DNA from: an uncultured virus (IMG/VR IMGVR_UViG_3300005083_000004)
Lineage: Duplodnaviria > Heunggongvirae > Uroviricota > Caudoviricetes
Reading direction: 5' to 3' (one strand)
Virus record (IMG/VR): IMGVR_UViG_3300005083_000004
Length of the DNA: 64,000 nucleotides
The position numbers and the translations under genes are program-made. Of this stretch, positions 20,745-30,815 are shown one piece after another (the stretch's first letter is position 1; the number at the start of each line of letters is the position of its first letter). The notes under the pieces were generated by a model. The model searched no databases, had not been told where the DNA came from, and saw nothing but the letters and a program-made list of their open reading frames with translations.

Positions 20745-23135
20745 TTAATTTTTAATAAATGCATTAATACATCGACAATCAGCATCTATATAATTTAATC
20801 TACTCAATGGTGAATTCATTGTTAGTATAGGTAATTCAGATATATTAATATCATATGACTTTAAATCTTCAGATATTATTCGAACAATATCTGTACTATT
20901 TACGTTCATTATTTTAAATAATTTATCTTGTGATGGCAAATCAACAACTTTAATCAAATCAAATTTGTTTGTACGAATTCCCAAATGTTTTGATCTGTTT
21001 AATCTAACTTTTCCTTTCTTTGATATATATAATAAAAATTCTCGATCTTCTATTTTATATGCGTTACTAATAGTATCACCGTTTAATTTGAATACTGCAT
21101 TATTACCTTTTGCATCACCACTTGATAGTTTAATATCAGAAGATTTGATTTTCTGTACATATCCATTTTTTGTATATATTATAATATCTGAATTTGGATT
21201 TTCTAATTTGACATTAATAATTGAAATAATTTCATCATCATCAGTTACTTCAATACATTTTGAAATTTTTCGTTTTTTAGTCAATGTCAATGGATCTATA
21301 CGTTTAATACATCCATTTTTTGTTATGATAATAATCGACATGTTTTTACCATCTAAAGATGATATATCAATTATTTCTGATTCAATCTTATTAATAAAAT
21401 TAACAACTGGAACTTCAACATTAGTTGGAATATCTGAAATATTAGCTATGTCATAATTTCCATATTTATCAATTATCAAAAAATCACTATTATTTGAAAT
21501 AATTTCAATATGATTAGGAGGTAATATATTAATCAATGTTCGATCTTCATTTGAAATATCACACATACTAATTTTACGAATATTACATTTATTTTCTGAT
21601 AATAAAATAACATATTCATTTGAATCATAATGATCTATTTTAATATCTTTATCGACAACTTTTGATCGACGTGGATGATTATATAACTTAATACCTTCAT
21701 TAAGTTCTTTCTTTAATGTAATCATATCTCCATTATTATTGATCAAATCTTTTAAATCTATTATCAATCCAATAAGTTCTTCTGCTCGTTTTAAATAGTT
21801 ATTATATGCTGCTTGACCAAATTCAACCGATGTCATTCTGCTAATTGATTCGGCTTGTTGTGAAGTCATATGACATTCATCATTACCATATCGATCAACT
21901 AATCGTTTTATTAAATCTTTTTTATCATATGCTTGTTTGAATATTCTAGTAGTTTCTTCTAAATGATTTCCATCTAATATAAATAATTTAATATTAATAA
22001 TATTTTGTTCAGAAATATAGTTTGTTAATTTATTTACCAATACAATATTCAAAGTTTCTAATCGTAATCTAATCCATTCAAGAATCAAATTTCGAATTGA
22101 ATAATGAACAATATTATTATATTGAACAATATTAACATTTGCATTGAATGTTTTTTGAAAAGGTGTATTATTATATAACTTTTTCAAAAATGTATATGGA
22201 TTACATCCTTTTCTTAATTTAAATTCAACCCAGATACCTTTTTCACGTCCAGATAAATCTTGTATTTCTTCCAATTCATGAAAAGATACATTATCTCTTT
22301 TTAATTGTTCTATATTAAATAAAACATCTTTAAGAATTACTTTCATTGGAAGAGAAGTTATAACCACAATATTTTTTACAAAATCAATCTGATATGTTGA
22401 TCTTTGTACATAATAACCATATCCATTTTCAAATATTTGTTGAAAATTGTCTTTAAATCCATATGTGCCATTTTCTCGAACAATGTTTGCATATGAAGGA
22501 CTATCCGGAATAAGATATCCTTTATAATTCGGATTTTCAAGTAATTTCAATGTTATTTCTAATACTTCTTTAGGATTATAACCAGGGATTGAAGAGGATT
22601 TAGCATATGCAATACCTTCGCTAGGATTAAATAATATCACAGGATATTTAGTTGGAATTTCATCAGGAATTTCAATTGTTTCATCATAATTCCATATCAT
22701 TTTGGGACATGATTCTTTAAAATTTCTAAAATAACAATCTTGAGCAAACTTTGATAATTCAACACTAATATATCGTCCTGCTGCTGCTTCATCACCTGAT
22801 CTTGATCCAAAGTTACCTTCACCACCTCCTGGGTCTAATAAAGGCATATTATTTTCCCAATCTTGGACCATTCCAACTATTGTTCCATATAATGCAGAAT
22901 CACTATGCGGATGTATTTTAATAGTTGCTCCACTCAATGATGCAACTTTCATAATTTTCTGTCCTGATGTATATAATGTATATAGTATTGCTCTTCCACC
23001 AGGTTTTAATCCATCGAGACTTACAATAGCTCGTTGAATACATTTATTCAATGCAAAAACATAACTATAGTCCTCACAAAGTATCCCTATATTATTTAAT
23101 ATAACATTCTGATCATATTTATCGAAATCATTCAT
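20745..23135 (-). CDS. gyrA: Type IIA topoisomerase subunit A (GyrA/ParC-like)
   Basis: DGLKPGGRAILY, HPHSD, GNFGS, AAAGRY (catalytic Tyr), IPGYNPKEV, C-terminal beta-pinwheel-like repeats (IITKNGCIKR, IYTKNGYVQK, YISKKGKVRL). Confidence 0.9.
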   Translation of the reverse strand: MNDFDKYDQNVILNNIGILCEDYSYVFALNKCIQRAIVSLDGLKPGGRAILYTLYTSGQKIMKVASLSGATIKIHPHSDSALYGTIVGMVQDWENNMPLLDPGGGEGNFGSRSGDEAAAGRYISVELSKFAQDCYFRNFKESCPKMIWNYDETIEIPDEIPTKYPVILFNPSEGIAYAKSSSIPGYNPKEVLEITLKLLENPNYKGYLIPDSPSYANIVRENGTYGFKDNFQQIFENGYGYYVQRSTYQIDFVKNIVVITSLPMKVILKDVLFNIEQLKRDNVSFHELEEIQDLSGREKGIWVEFKLRKGCNPYTFLKKLYNNTPFQKTFNANVNIVQYNNIVHYSIRNLILEWIRLRLETLNIVLVNKLTNYISEQNIINIKLFILDGNHLEETTRIFKQAYDKKDLIKRLVDRYGNDECHMTSQQAESISRMTSVEFGQAAYNNYLKRAEELIGLIIDLKDLINNNGDMITLKKELNEGIKLYNHPRRSKVVDKDIKIDHYDSNEYVILLSENKCNIRKISMCDISNEDRTLINILPPNHIEIISNNSDFLIIDKYGNYDIANISDIPTNVEVPVVNFINKIESEIIDISSLDGKNMSIIIITKNGCIKRIDPLTLTKKRKISKCIEVTDDDEIISIINVKLENPNSDIIIYTKNGYVQKIKSSDIKLSSGDAKGNNAVFKLNGDTISNAYKIEDREFLLYISKKGKVRLNRSKHLGIRTNKFDLIKVVDLPSQDKLFKIMNVNSTDIVRIISEDLKSYDINISELPILTMNSPLSRLNYIDADCRCINAFIKN

Positions 23136-23170
23136 TTATAAATCCTCCATTATTATTTTAATATTTTTTC

Positions 23171-24457
23171 TTATTGAGATAACTTCATTTTTTCACTATT
23201 ATATTCTAATATATAATCATATGCTTTTAAAATATCAAATTTTGATCTAATCAATTCATCATAAGTCCTTTGTTTATTTTTATCAATTCTGATAGAATTT
23301 GCATAATCCGAAATAATTAATATTTGTTTAAATAATGAAAACTTTTCAGATGGTATTTTATGACATCTAATTGAATCTAATATATTAATTTCTTTAATAT
23401 TAAATAATCTATATAGAATTATAGCACCAATAATACCATGCAGATATATTATGTTATTATATTCAAATGTATTAATAGGTGTTAATGAATTTAATATTGT
23501 ATCTTTTTGAATTCTCTCATGAGCTATAATATTAATCATATTATCAATAGAAATCTCTTTTGCTATATCATGAAATATTGATGCAATGATCATATGTTGA
23601 ATATTGATATGCTTTTTAAATTTTGATGATATTTTTATACTCATTTTTGCAGTTTCAATTGCATGAGGTATTCTTAAGATTGAAATTTTTTCATTTAGTA
23701 ATATATTTACACATCTATCAATCAATTCATCATTTGATAATTGTGAAATATCGGATAAATTTAAATTGATATTTTGATGATTATCAAACATTAATCTGAT
23801 AATTAATTTAACATTATTTTTTCCATAAAAATTATAATCTTTAATTAATTTTATAATATTATCAATAGAGCGATAATATTTAAAGTCATTGATATTATAT
23901 TCAGTTCTATTAGTAATCTTATATGAAGTTGAAGATTCTAATTCAACGATTATCATATCTGCAATTGTTCTCGTTATTATATTTTTTATATCTATTAAAT
24001 TTATATATTCATCTATAATTGCTAATCTTTTCTTATATTCTAAATCAAATGTTAAAGTTTTTTGAATATTGAAATTATCTTTGATGAAGTTTAATTGATA
24101 TGGTGTTAATCCAATATTAGAATATGAAAAATCACGTAAAATTAAAACTTTTTTAGAATCTTGATTTTTAAATTCAAATGTTAGATTTATCGTCTTAATT
24201 ATACAATTATCTGATGTAATTGTATCTTCATATTCCCAATAATATCCAACACGTTTAAATATTAAAAGACTATATTCATCTTTCATTTCATCATAATGAA
24301 AAATAGCAATTTTTAATATTATAGGATTTAGATTTTCTAATAATCTAGGAATCGCATTAATATACACTGTCTCTGGTGCAATATAATCTCCAATTTTTAA
24401 CTTGTGCTTGATCAATTCCTGATTATATAAATAATCAACATCATATACAGTATTCAT
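23171..24457 (-). CDS. HD-domain phosphohydrolase (YqeK-like C-terminus) with unknown N-terminal extension
   Basis: RIPHAIETA, IASIFHDIAKE, LHGIIGA, ILDSIRCH, ILIISDY in the YqeK order. Confidence 0.75.
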   Translation of the reverse strand: MNTVYDVDYLYNQELIKHKLKIGDYIAPETVYINAIPRLLENLNPIILKIAIFHYDEMKDEYSLLIFKRVGYYWEYEDTITSDNCIIKTINLTFEFKNQDSKKVLILRDFSYSNIGLTPYQLNFIKDNFNIQKTLTFDLEYKKRLAIIDEYINLIDIKNIITRTIADMIIVELESSTSYKITNRTEYNINDFKYYRSIDNIIKLIKDYNFYGKNNVKLIIRLMFDNHQNINLNLSDISQLSNDELIDRCVNILLNEKISILRIPHAIETAKMSIKISSKFKKHINIQHMIIASIFHDIAKEISIDNMINIIAHERIQKDTILNSLTPINTFEYNNIIYLHGIIGAIILYRLFNIKEINILDSIRCHKIPSEKFSLFKQILIISDYANSIRIDKNKQRTYDELIRSKFDILKAYDYILEYNSEKMKLSQ

Positions 24458-24508
24458 TATCTCTCCTCCAAAGATATTTATTTTTTACTTAGCAAAGTTA
24501 TAATATAT

Positions 24509-24550
24509 AAATAAAAAGTTAAAGGGTTTAAACCCTTTAACTTTTTATTT
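24509..24550. terminator. 42-bp perfect palindrome (terminator-like)
   Basis: AAATAAAAAGTTAAAGGGTTT/AAACCCTTTAACTTTTTATTT. Confidence 0.65.
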
Positions 24551-24714
24551 TAAAAAAATATAATATAATATAATCTTATTTTATTATATTATATTTTTTT
24601 AATTGATATGTAATTGATAATAATATAAAATTATATGATTATTCAATATTTAATAATAAATCGTATTAAACTTTGATAATAATTATCAAATAGATTATAA
24701 GGAGATAAACTATA

Positions 24715-25701
24715 ATGGCAAATATATATCAAGATTTTTTTAAATATCGAAGAGATAAATTAAAAAACTTAGAGAATGAAAATAAACGACTTAAAAATGA
24801 AATTAAGTTATTGAAAGAATATCCACACATTCGAGGTGTGGTAGAAATTGGTACTGATCCTTATTATACTGAACGAAAAGATATAAATGGGAATATTGTA
24901 AGGTTACGTCATTTTAATAATGTACATTGTATGAAAAATAATTTAATTATTATTGGTGGAAATCAATATTGTATGTGTAAATTAGCAAATCTTCCATATA
25001 CAGTTACTGATGGATTACATGCTGCACCAATATCAAATGTAGTTCCAGGATTTGTTGCTGATCAGAATCAATTAAATTTTGATATAAAAGCTCACGTTGC
25101 TTCTGAAACAACTAAAAATATATCTATTTCTGCATCACATTATATAGTTGGATTTATGGCTGGATATGGAGGTGCAACTGAATCTAATATAGTTGCAAGA
25201 GATGTCAACTATAAAGGAAGAACTTTGTATGCTCCGATACCATTTAGATATACAACACAAGATCGTACAACAGCAGAGTTGATGAAGTATGGCGGAATAT
25301 GTACAATTAATAGTTCAACAGGAGTCTCAACTAAAGCTTATTATATTAAATCATTGGATACTCCATATCAAATTTATCATCTTTGGAAAGATAACGGATT
25401 AGAAGATGGAACTCCTACAACTAACTCTATTTTTGATACTATTGAAGATAATGGTATTGATATGGAATCATTTTGTGAATGTCAATTATCGATCAATAAA
25501 TATGATATCGTAGATTATTTTAGACAATTTATTGATGGCGAACCAGCACGTGTCAATGAAATTGGTTTAATCGCTGCTAAATGGGATGACACATATAAAG
25601 AATTTCTTGATCCTGTTCTAATTTCACATATGTGTTTTCCAACATTTGTATTGGGCACAGGAATTGAATTACTATTTAATTACAGATTATATTTCAAATA
25701 A
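24715..25701 (+). CDS. Putative virion (baseplate/tail-collar-like) protein
   Basis: AAGGAG RBS; C-terminal RVNEIGLIA resembles the 'IxEiGL' motif of tail-collar/baseplate proteins. Confidence 0.4.
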   Translation: MANIYQDFFKYRRDKLKNLENENKRLKNEIKLLKEYPHIRGVVEIGTDPYYTERKDINGNIVRLRHFNNVHCMKNNLIIIGGNQYCMCKLANLPYTVTDGLHAAPISNVVPGFVADQNQLNFDIKAHVASETTKNISISASHYIVGFMAGYGGATESNIVARDVNYKGRTLYAPIPFRYTTQDRTTAELMKYGGICTINSSTGVSTKAYYIKSLDTPYQIYHLWKDNGLEDGTPTTNSIFDTIEDNGIDMESFCECQLSINKYDIVDYFRQFIDGEPARVNEIGLIAAKWDDTYKEFLDPVLISHMCFPTFVLGTGIELLFNYRLYFK

Positions 25702-26088
25702 ATCAAAAAAAAAAGAGGGTATTATTCCCTTTTTTTTTTAATTAAAATTAATTTTATTTTTTTCAAAAAAATCAAATTTCGAATATAAAAAAGGATAGTA
25801 TATAATTGCTATTTTCAAATATATGTAAATCAGAGTGTGAGAACACGCTGAGAAAANNNNNNNNNNNNNNNNNNNNNNNNNNNNNNNNNNNNNNNNNNNN
25901 NNNNNNNNNNNNNNNNNNNNNNNNNNNNNNNNNNGAGAACACGCTGAGAAAATCAATTAGCTAAAAATAATAAAATGAAGGAGATTTTAATCTCCTTCGT
26001 TTAGTTGATAAAGTCATTTACTCTATTACTGATATCAGAAGAAACAAAAATATTAAGTTTGAATACAGTAAATAAGGAGAAAATTAAT

Positions 26089-26976
26089 ATGAACCTACAT
26101 AAAGTTCTTGCAACAAATAGTGCTTGTTATAAAGCAAATCAGAAAATAACAGGTAATCCAAAAGGTATTGTTGTTCATAGCACTGGAGCACCAAATGCTA
26201 CATTGAAAAGATATGTTGGACCTAATGATGGTTTATTAGGTGAAAATCCTAATAAAAATTATTTCAATTCTTCTGTTAGTCAAGTATGTCCTCATGCAGT
26301 CATTGGTAAACTTGCAGATGGATCAGTTGCAACATATCAAATTCTTGAATGGAATCAAATATGTTGGTGTAGTGGAGCTGGAACAAAAACATTAGCTTCA
26401 TCTAACGGATTTTCATTAAACAATGCTAATTTTTTGGGATATATTCAATTTGAGATTGCTGAAGATGGTTCAACCACTGGAAGCCCTGCATATGATAAAA
26501 GTTATTGTGATGCAGTATATAAAGAATCAGTTGAATTATGTGCATATTTAGTTAAAACATATGGAATTCCAGTAACAAATAAAACTCTTATTGATCATAA
26601 TGAAGGAAGATTACTTGGTATATGTAGTTCACATTATGATGTATCACATTGGTTCCCAAAATTTGGTTACTCAATGGATAAATTTAGAGCTGACGTTATA
26701 GCATTAGCAGAAAATAATATACCAGTAACAACACCATCTACTACAACAACATCTACAACTAAAAAAACAGTAACCCTTCCTGTAATTGTTAAAGTTACAG
26801 ATGGACCATTGAATATTAGAGACAGTTACTCATTCACATCTAAAGTCAACGGTGTTATTCAAACAGGATCTTCATATACAATAGTTGAAACTAAAGTTAA
26901 TGGATCTGAAACATGGGGTAAACTAAAAAGTGGTGCTGGATGGATTGCATTAAGTTATACGAATTATGGTAAATAA
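26089..26976 (+). CDS. N-acetylmuramoyl-L-alanine amidase (Amidase_2) with C-terminal SH3-like wall-binding domain; endolysin
   Basis: Likely start ATG 26089 after AAGGAG; IVVHSTG, PHAVIG, IQFEIAED, DHNE...SHYD; Thr-rich linker; LNIR...WGKLKSGAGWIALSYT. Confidence 0.85.
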   Translation: MNLHKVLATNSACYKANQKITGNPKGIVVHSTGAPNATLKRYVGPNDGLLGENPNKNYFNSSVSQVCPHAVIGKLADGSVATYQILEWNQICWCSGAGTKTLASSNGFSLNNANFLGYIQFEIAEDGSTTGSPAYDKSYCDAVYKESVELCAYLVKTYGIPVTNKTLIDHNEGRLLGICSSHYDVSHWFPKFGYSMDKFRADVIALAENNIPVTTPSTTTTSTTKKTVTLPVIVKVTDGPLNIRDSYSFTSKVNGVIQTGSSYTIVETKVNGSETWGKLKSGAGWIALSYTNYGK

Positions 26977-26985
26977 ATATATATA

Positions 26986-27023
26986 TTAAAAAAGAAGGAG
27001 ATTTAAATCTCCTTCTTTTTTAA
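26986..27023. terminator. Terminator (38-bp perfect palindrome)
   Basis: TTAAAAAAGAAGGAGATTT/AAATCTCCTTCTTTTTTAA after the amidase stop. Confidence 0.8.
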
Positions 27024-27066
27024 TTTTTTATTTTAATATTCTTTCTCTTAATAAATTTAGGATTTT

Positions 27067-27079
27067 AATTATATATTAT
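27067..27079 (+). promoter_or_regulatory. Putative early phage promoter AATTATATATTAT (one of several copies)
   Basis: Same 13-mer sits upstream of genes, in sense orientation, at 36197, 60618, 62071 (+) and 12039-12051, 51229-51241 (-); ATTT variants at 27493 (+) and 24500-24512 (-). Confidence 0.6.
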
Positions 27080-27185
27080 ATATACGAATAAAGAAAAAGA
27101 TACATTCTTTATTTATTATCTTTTACATGGTGTAAGAGATAAAAAGTTTTGTATCATCCCTACTAAATAGGGAAAGGAGTTTGCT

Positions 27186-27482
27186 ATGTCGGAGTTAGAA
27201 ATTTTGAAAGGATGTCTGAATATGTTAAAACTCGAAAACGATTCAGAAACAATCAAAATTATTCTCAACAAAGTAGATGACACATTGAAACCAGTATACG
27301 AGTCAATAAATGCCATGATATCTTGCTTACCATATGGCAAAGAAAACACTGACATTTTAGAAAGCTGCATGGCAGCTATTGATTTCAGAAAGCGACATTG
27401 TCATACTATTAGTGAGATTGAAATACTGATTAATGATATTCGGAATATCGTTAATTGGTCTATGTTCTTGAATAGAGATTAA
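27186..27482 (+). CDS. Hypothetical protein
   Basis: 98 aa; AAAGGAG RBS. Confidence 0.7.
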   Translation: MSELEILKGCLNMLKLENDSETIKIILNKVDDTLKPVYESINAMISCLPYGKENTDILESCMAAIDFRKRHCHTISEIEILINDIRNIVNWSMFLNRD

Positions 27483-27525
27483 TATATAAAAAATTTATAT
27501 ATTATACTTTGGAGGGAGAATTACA

Positions 27526-28242
27526 ATGAGTAAAACTTTAAAAAATCTTAAAATCCTCACAACGTCCATAATTAATGAAAATGGACAAACTGAAATAGAT
27601 ATCAATATCTATCAAAATAAAATAATTACAGGGAATATAACTGTAATGTGTTTAAAGAGAGGATTACATTTAGATTACTCAACAGCTATTAGTGACTCAA
27701 TATATCAATGCATACCGGTAACAATTAAATTCCCAAAAAGTAATAGATCTAGAAATTTAATTTCTTGGGAATTAAACTTTGACCCGACCAACGATGAACA
27801 AGCATTGTATGTTGTAGCATCAAATCAAATTACGATATACAATATTCAAAAGGATTCCAAAAAACAAAATATTTTCTCAATCGCTATAATGGTAGATCCA
27901 AAAATCAAATCAGAAAATTGGAAGGATCTTCTAAACGGTTTCAACGACGATTATAAACGAAATTTGGATTCAAATGGAAGTTATTTTTATAATCGTTTAA
28001 ACAAGTTAGGGAAGGATATTGATATTCTTCCCTATAAAACAATTTTGATTCATGGGGTAAAGGTAAAGCACGATCAAAAATCTGATCCGTATTTGAAATT
28101 CATAAATGATAAACTCAATGTTTCAAAATCGAGATATAATGAATATATAGATTTAGTAAAGATGAAATCTCCGATATTGAATCTAATCTCCAGTGAAGTG
28201 ATCTCTCAGTTAGATAAATATTTATCTAATACATTGTTCTAG
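27526..28242 (+). CDS. Hypothetical protein
   Basis: 238 aa; GGAGGGAG RBS. Confidence 0.7.
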   Translation: MSKTLKNLKILTTSIINENGQTEIDINIYQNKIITGNITVMCLKRGLHLDYSTAISDSIYQCIPVTIKFPKSNRSRNLISWELNFDPTNDEQALYVVASNQITIYNIQKDSKKQNIFSIAIMVDPKIKSENWKDLLNGFNDDYKRNLDSNGSYFYNRLNKLGKDIDILPYKTILIHGVKVKHDQKSDPYLKFINDKLNVSKSRYNEYIDLVKMKSPILNLISSEVISQLDKYLSNTLF

Positions 28243-28301
28243 CCGATTATATTTACTTTTAAAAAATAAAAAGGGATTATTCCCTTTTCATTTTTTTTTG
28301 A

Positions 28302-28790
28302 TTATTTAGGATTTTTATTTTCTATACATGGATGCCAGTTCTTTAATCTAAATGCTCCAAGTATATGTTTTGTTTGAAATGATTTTACTGAAAATTCTGA
28401 ACCTGGCATTGCACCTAATTTTCCACCTTGATTTTGTCCAAGAATTGGGATACTTCCATTTACAATATCTCCATCAGAATATCCAATATGACCATATGCA
28501 CAGAGTGTTGTATTAAATACAACTACATCACCTCGTTTAATTTGAGTTATATCAGTAATAATATCAAAATCATTTCCTGCATTTGCTACACGAGCTGTTA
28601 CATTGGCAAATGTCCCATATGCTCCACCTGTTCCGCCAGATGATAAAGATCTTCCTAATAATTTCCATAATAGATTTGCTCCATCAAAGCATTGTATTCC
28701 ATATACTCCATCTGGATCAAATCCTTTACCTTCAACATCTTTTTTGAATGTATCATAAGATGTTATATCAATATTATAAGTATTAGCCAT
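28302..28790 (-). CDS. Stand-alone CHAP-domain peptidoglycan hydrolase
   Basis: DPDGVYGIQCFDGA (catalytic Cys), GDVVVF, YGHIG (His), ILGQNQGG, GAFRL. Confidence 0.85.
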   Translation of the reverse strand: MANTYNIDITSYDTFKKDVEGKGFDPDGVYGIQCFDGANLLWKLLGRSLSSGGTGGAYGTFANVTARVANAGNDFDIITDITQIKRGDVVVFNTTLCAYGHIGYSDGDIVNGSIPILGQNQGGKLGAMPGSEFSVKSFQTKHILGAFRLKNWHPCIENKNPK

Positions 28791-28804
28791 AAATATCCTC
28801 CATT

Positions 28805-28993
28805 TTATATATAAGGATTTCCTTCAGCATAGTTCCATAATTTTTCATAATCTGGACCCATTACTTGTCTCCATATTTCATCAATATCTAAATCTGTTAT
28901 TGGGATATTGATGCCATAAAATTCTAAAGTATGCCTTCCTATAATATGGACATTATTCATTTTCGGAATATTTTTAATATTGTCTCTATCCAT
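28805..28993 (-). CDS. Hypothetical protein
   Basis: 62 aa; AAGGA RBS. Confidence 0.55.
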   Translation of the reverse strand: MDRDNIKNIPKMNNVHIIGRHTLEFYGINIPITDLDIDEIWRQVMGPDYEKLWNYAEGNPYI

Positions 28994-29051
28994 TTATTAA
29001 TTTCCTTTGTATATTTATAAATTATAAACTTGTAAAATCATTAAAATATGC

Positions 29052-29072
29052 AAAAACTTTTCAGATAACATT
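29052..29072 (+). promoter_or_regulatory. Putative late promoter element AAAAACTTTTCAGATAACATT
   Basis: Identical 21-mer at 54923-54943; both lie about 10 nt before an AAGGAG RBS. Confidence 0.6.
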
Positions 29073-29099
29073 ATAGAATATAAGGAGAATATATATATT

Positions 29100-30302
29100 A
29101 TGGCTAATTTAGTATTTGATGAATATTCATTATATGAAGGATCTATTAAAAAAATGGATCGACGTTTACATTCGCCATTAAATAAATTTCATGGTGGACA
29201 ATTATTAGTAACATATTATTCAATTGATCGAAATAGAACAACAACAGATAGAGGATTTAGAAATATTGATGAATTACTTGGTCCAGGATCTCCATTAAGA
29301 TATAATAAAATTAAAGATTTTCCAATCTCATTGGTAGCTCCACAAAATCCAGATGTAGGAGAAGATATTCCTGATGTATATAATGTTCAAGTTGCTGGAG
29401 AATGTATTGTATTTCCATCAACATTATCACCAAATCCTGATGATTTTTTTATAATTCAATCATTAGAAATGACTCAATTATTTAGAGTAATTGGTGTTGA
29501 TTATGATAATATGACCCAAGAGCAATTTTATAAATTAGATTATAAATTATTTAGTACAGATCGTGAAACTATTGCTCAATTAGAGAAACAAGTAATTGGT
29601 AATTTTAATACAAAATTAGAAGATTTTGGTACTGAAGTATCTCCAATTGTTAAATCAACTGATTATGAATATATTAGAAAATTAGAATTTATTCAACAAG
29701 ATATTGCAGAACAATATAAAGCAATGTTTTATGATGATCGTCATGATACTATTCTTTATAGAAATGAAGTCGAGATTTTGTATGATCCCTGTCAGATTCA
29801 ATTTATACAAAATCATTCTTTATTAAATATAAGAAATTCTCATAATGTTATTATGTTAGAACAAAAAATTGAAGACTATCGTCTACCTCAGTATTATATG
29901 GATTCTGTTTATAAATGGATGGAAAGAGATGCACCTATGAAATATCTTCATAAATTTAAATATCGTACTATATCAATGGGAAGTTATCCAATGTCATCAT
30001 TTGCATTATGGAATTTAAATGAAAGAGGAGGAAAAATTATTATTCCATTATATCAAGATTATATAAGTGAAGGGGTGGAATTTTTCCCGGTTAGAATGAT
30101 GGACGTATTAGAGGGATATTCTAAACCATTATCAAAATATGAAAGAGTTATGATGTTATTTGCAACAAATAAACTTACTAAACCACAAGATATTCCATTA
30201 TCGATTTTTGAAGAAATTATGGATGAACGAAATTCATTTAATATTTATCGATATACACCATTGATTTTATATATAATTAAAATCGCCTTAAAATTAAGAT
30301 AA
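29100..30302 (+). CDS. Hypothetical protein, probably virion structural
   Basis: 400 aa; AAGGAG RBS; shares its upstream 21-mer with the 54968 gene; hairpin terminator at 30302-30335. Confidence 0.5.
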   Translation: MANLVFDEYSLYEGSIKKMDRRLHSPLNKFHGGQLLVTYYSIDRNRTTTDRGFRNIDELLGPGSPLRYNKIKDFPISLVAPQNPDVGEDIPDVYNVQVAGECIVFPSTLSPNPDDFFIIQSLEMTQLFRVIGVDYDNMTQEQFYKLDYKLFSTDRETIAQLEKQVIGNFNTKLEDFGTEVSPIVKSTDYEYIRKLEFIQQDIAEQYKAMFYDDRHDTILYRNEVEILYDPCQIQFIQNHSLLNIRNSHNVIMLEQKIEDYRLPQYYMDSVYKWMERDAPMKYLHKFKYRTISMGSYPMSSFALWNLNERGGKIIIPLYQDYISEGVEFFPVRMMDVLEGYSKPLSKYERVMMLFATNKLTKPQDIPLSIFEEIMDERNSFNIYRYTPLILYIIKIALKLR

Positions 30303-30438
30303 AAAAATAATGGGGATATATCCCCATTATTTTTTGTTAAATTAAAATTTCAATTTAACATACTTTATATAATACCAATCTTCTCCTAACGATTTATATA
30401 TATGAATAATAATCCCTTTCATATTAACCTCCTTTAAT

Positions 30439-30636
30439 TTATTCAGTAATAAATGTTACATTGCTATCATTTGATTCTGTTTCCATTAATTTTTTATTAT
30501 ACGAACAACAATTACATTTACATTCGTCACAAAAATCCAATAAAGATTTATTTTTTGTTTTCGATAATATACAATCAATATTGTACTTATCAAAATTATT
30601 CTCATCTACTTCAATGTTACCATATTTTTTCAACAT
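30439..30636 (-). CDS. Small Cys-containing hypothetical protein
   Basis: AGGAG RBS; CDECKCNCC. Confidence 0.5.
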   Translation of the reverse strand: MLKKYGNIEVDENNFDKYNIDCILSKTKNKSLLDFCDECKCNCCSYNKKLMETESNDSNVTFITE

Positions 30637-30648
30637 AAAAAATTCTCC

Positions 30649-30693
30649 TATATTTAATATTTTTATATTTAATATTCTTATATTTAATATTCT
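30649..30693. repeat. 15-bp tandem repeat x3
   Basis: TATATTTAATATT(T/C)T three times, directly upstream of the 30636 minus-strand gene. Confidence 0.8.
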
Positions 30694-30815
30694 TATAAGA
30701 ATATAATTTTCAATTTTAAATTAGTTGTTAATCAATTATCAATTTATAAATATTATTATTCTAGCTGGCGGCATCTAGAATATTAATTTATATAATCAAT
30801 AATCGATTTTATTCG

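Noticed and set aside
25839..25952. CRISPR array or tRNA at the gap
   Set aside because: Only two 18-bp copies are visible; no spacer sequence or cloverleaf can be seen
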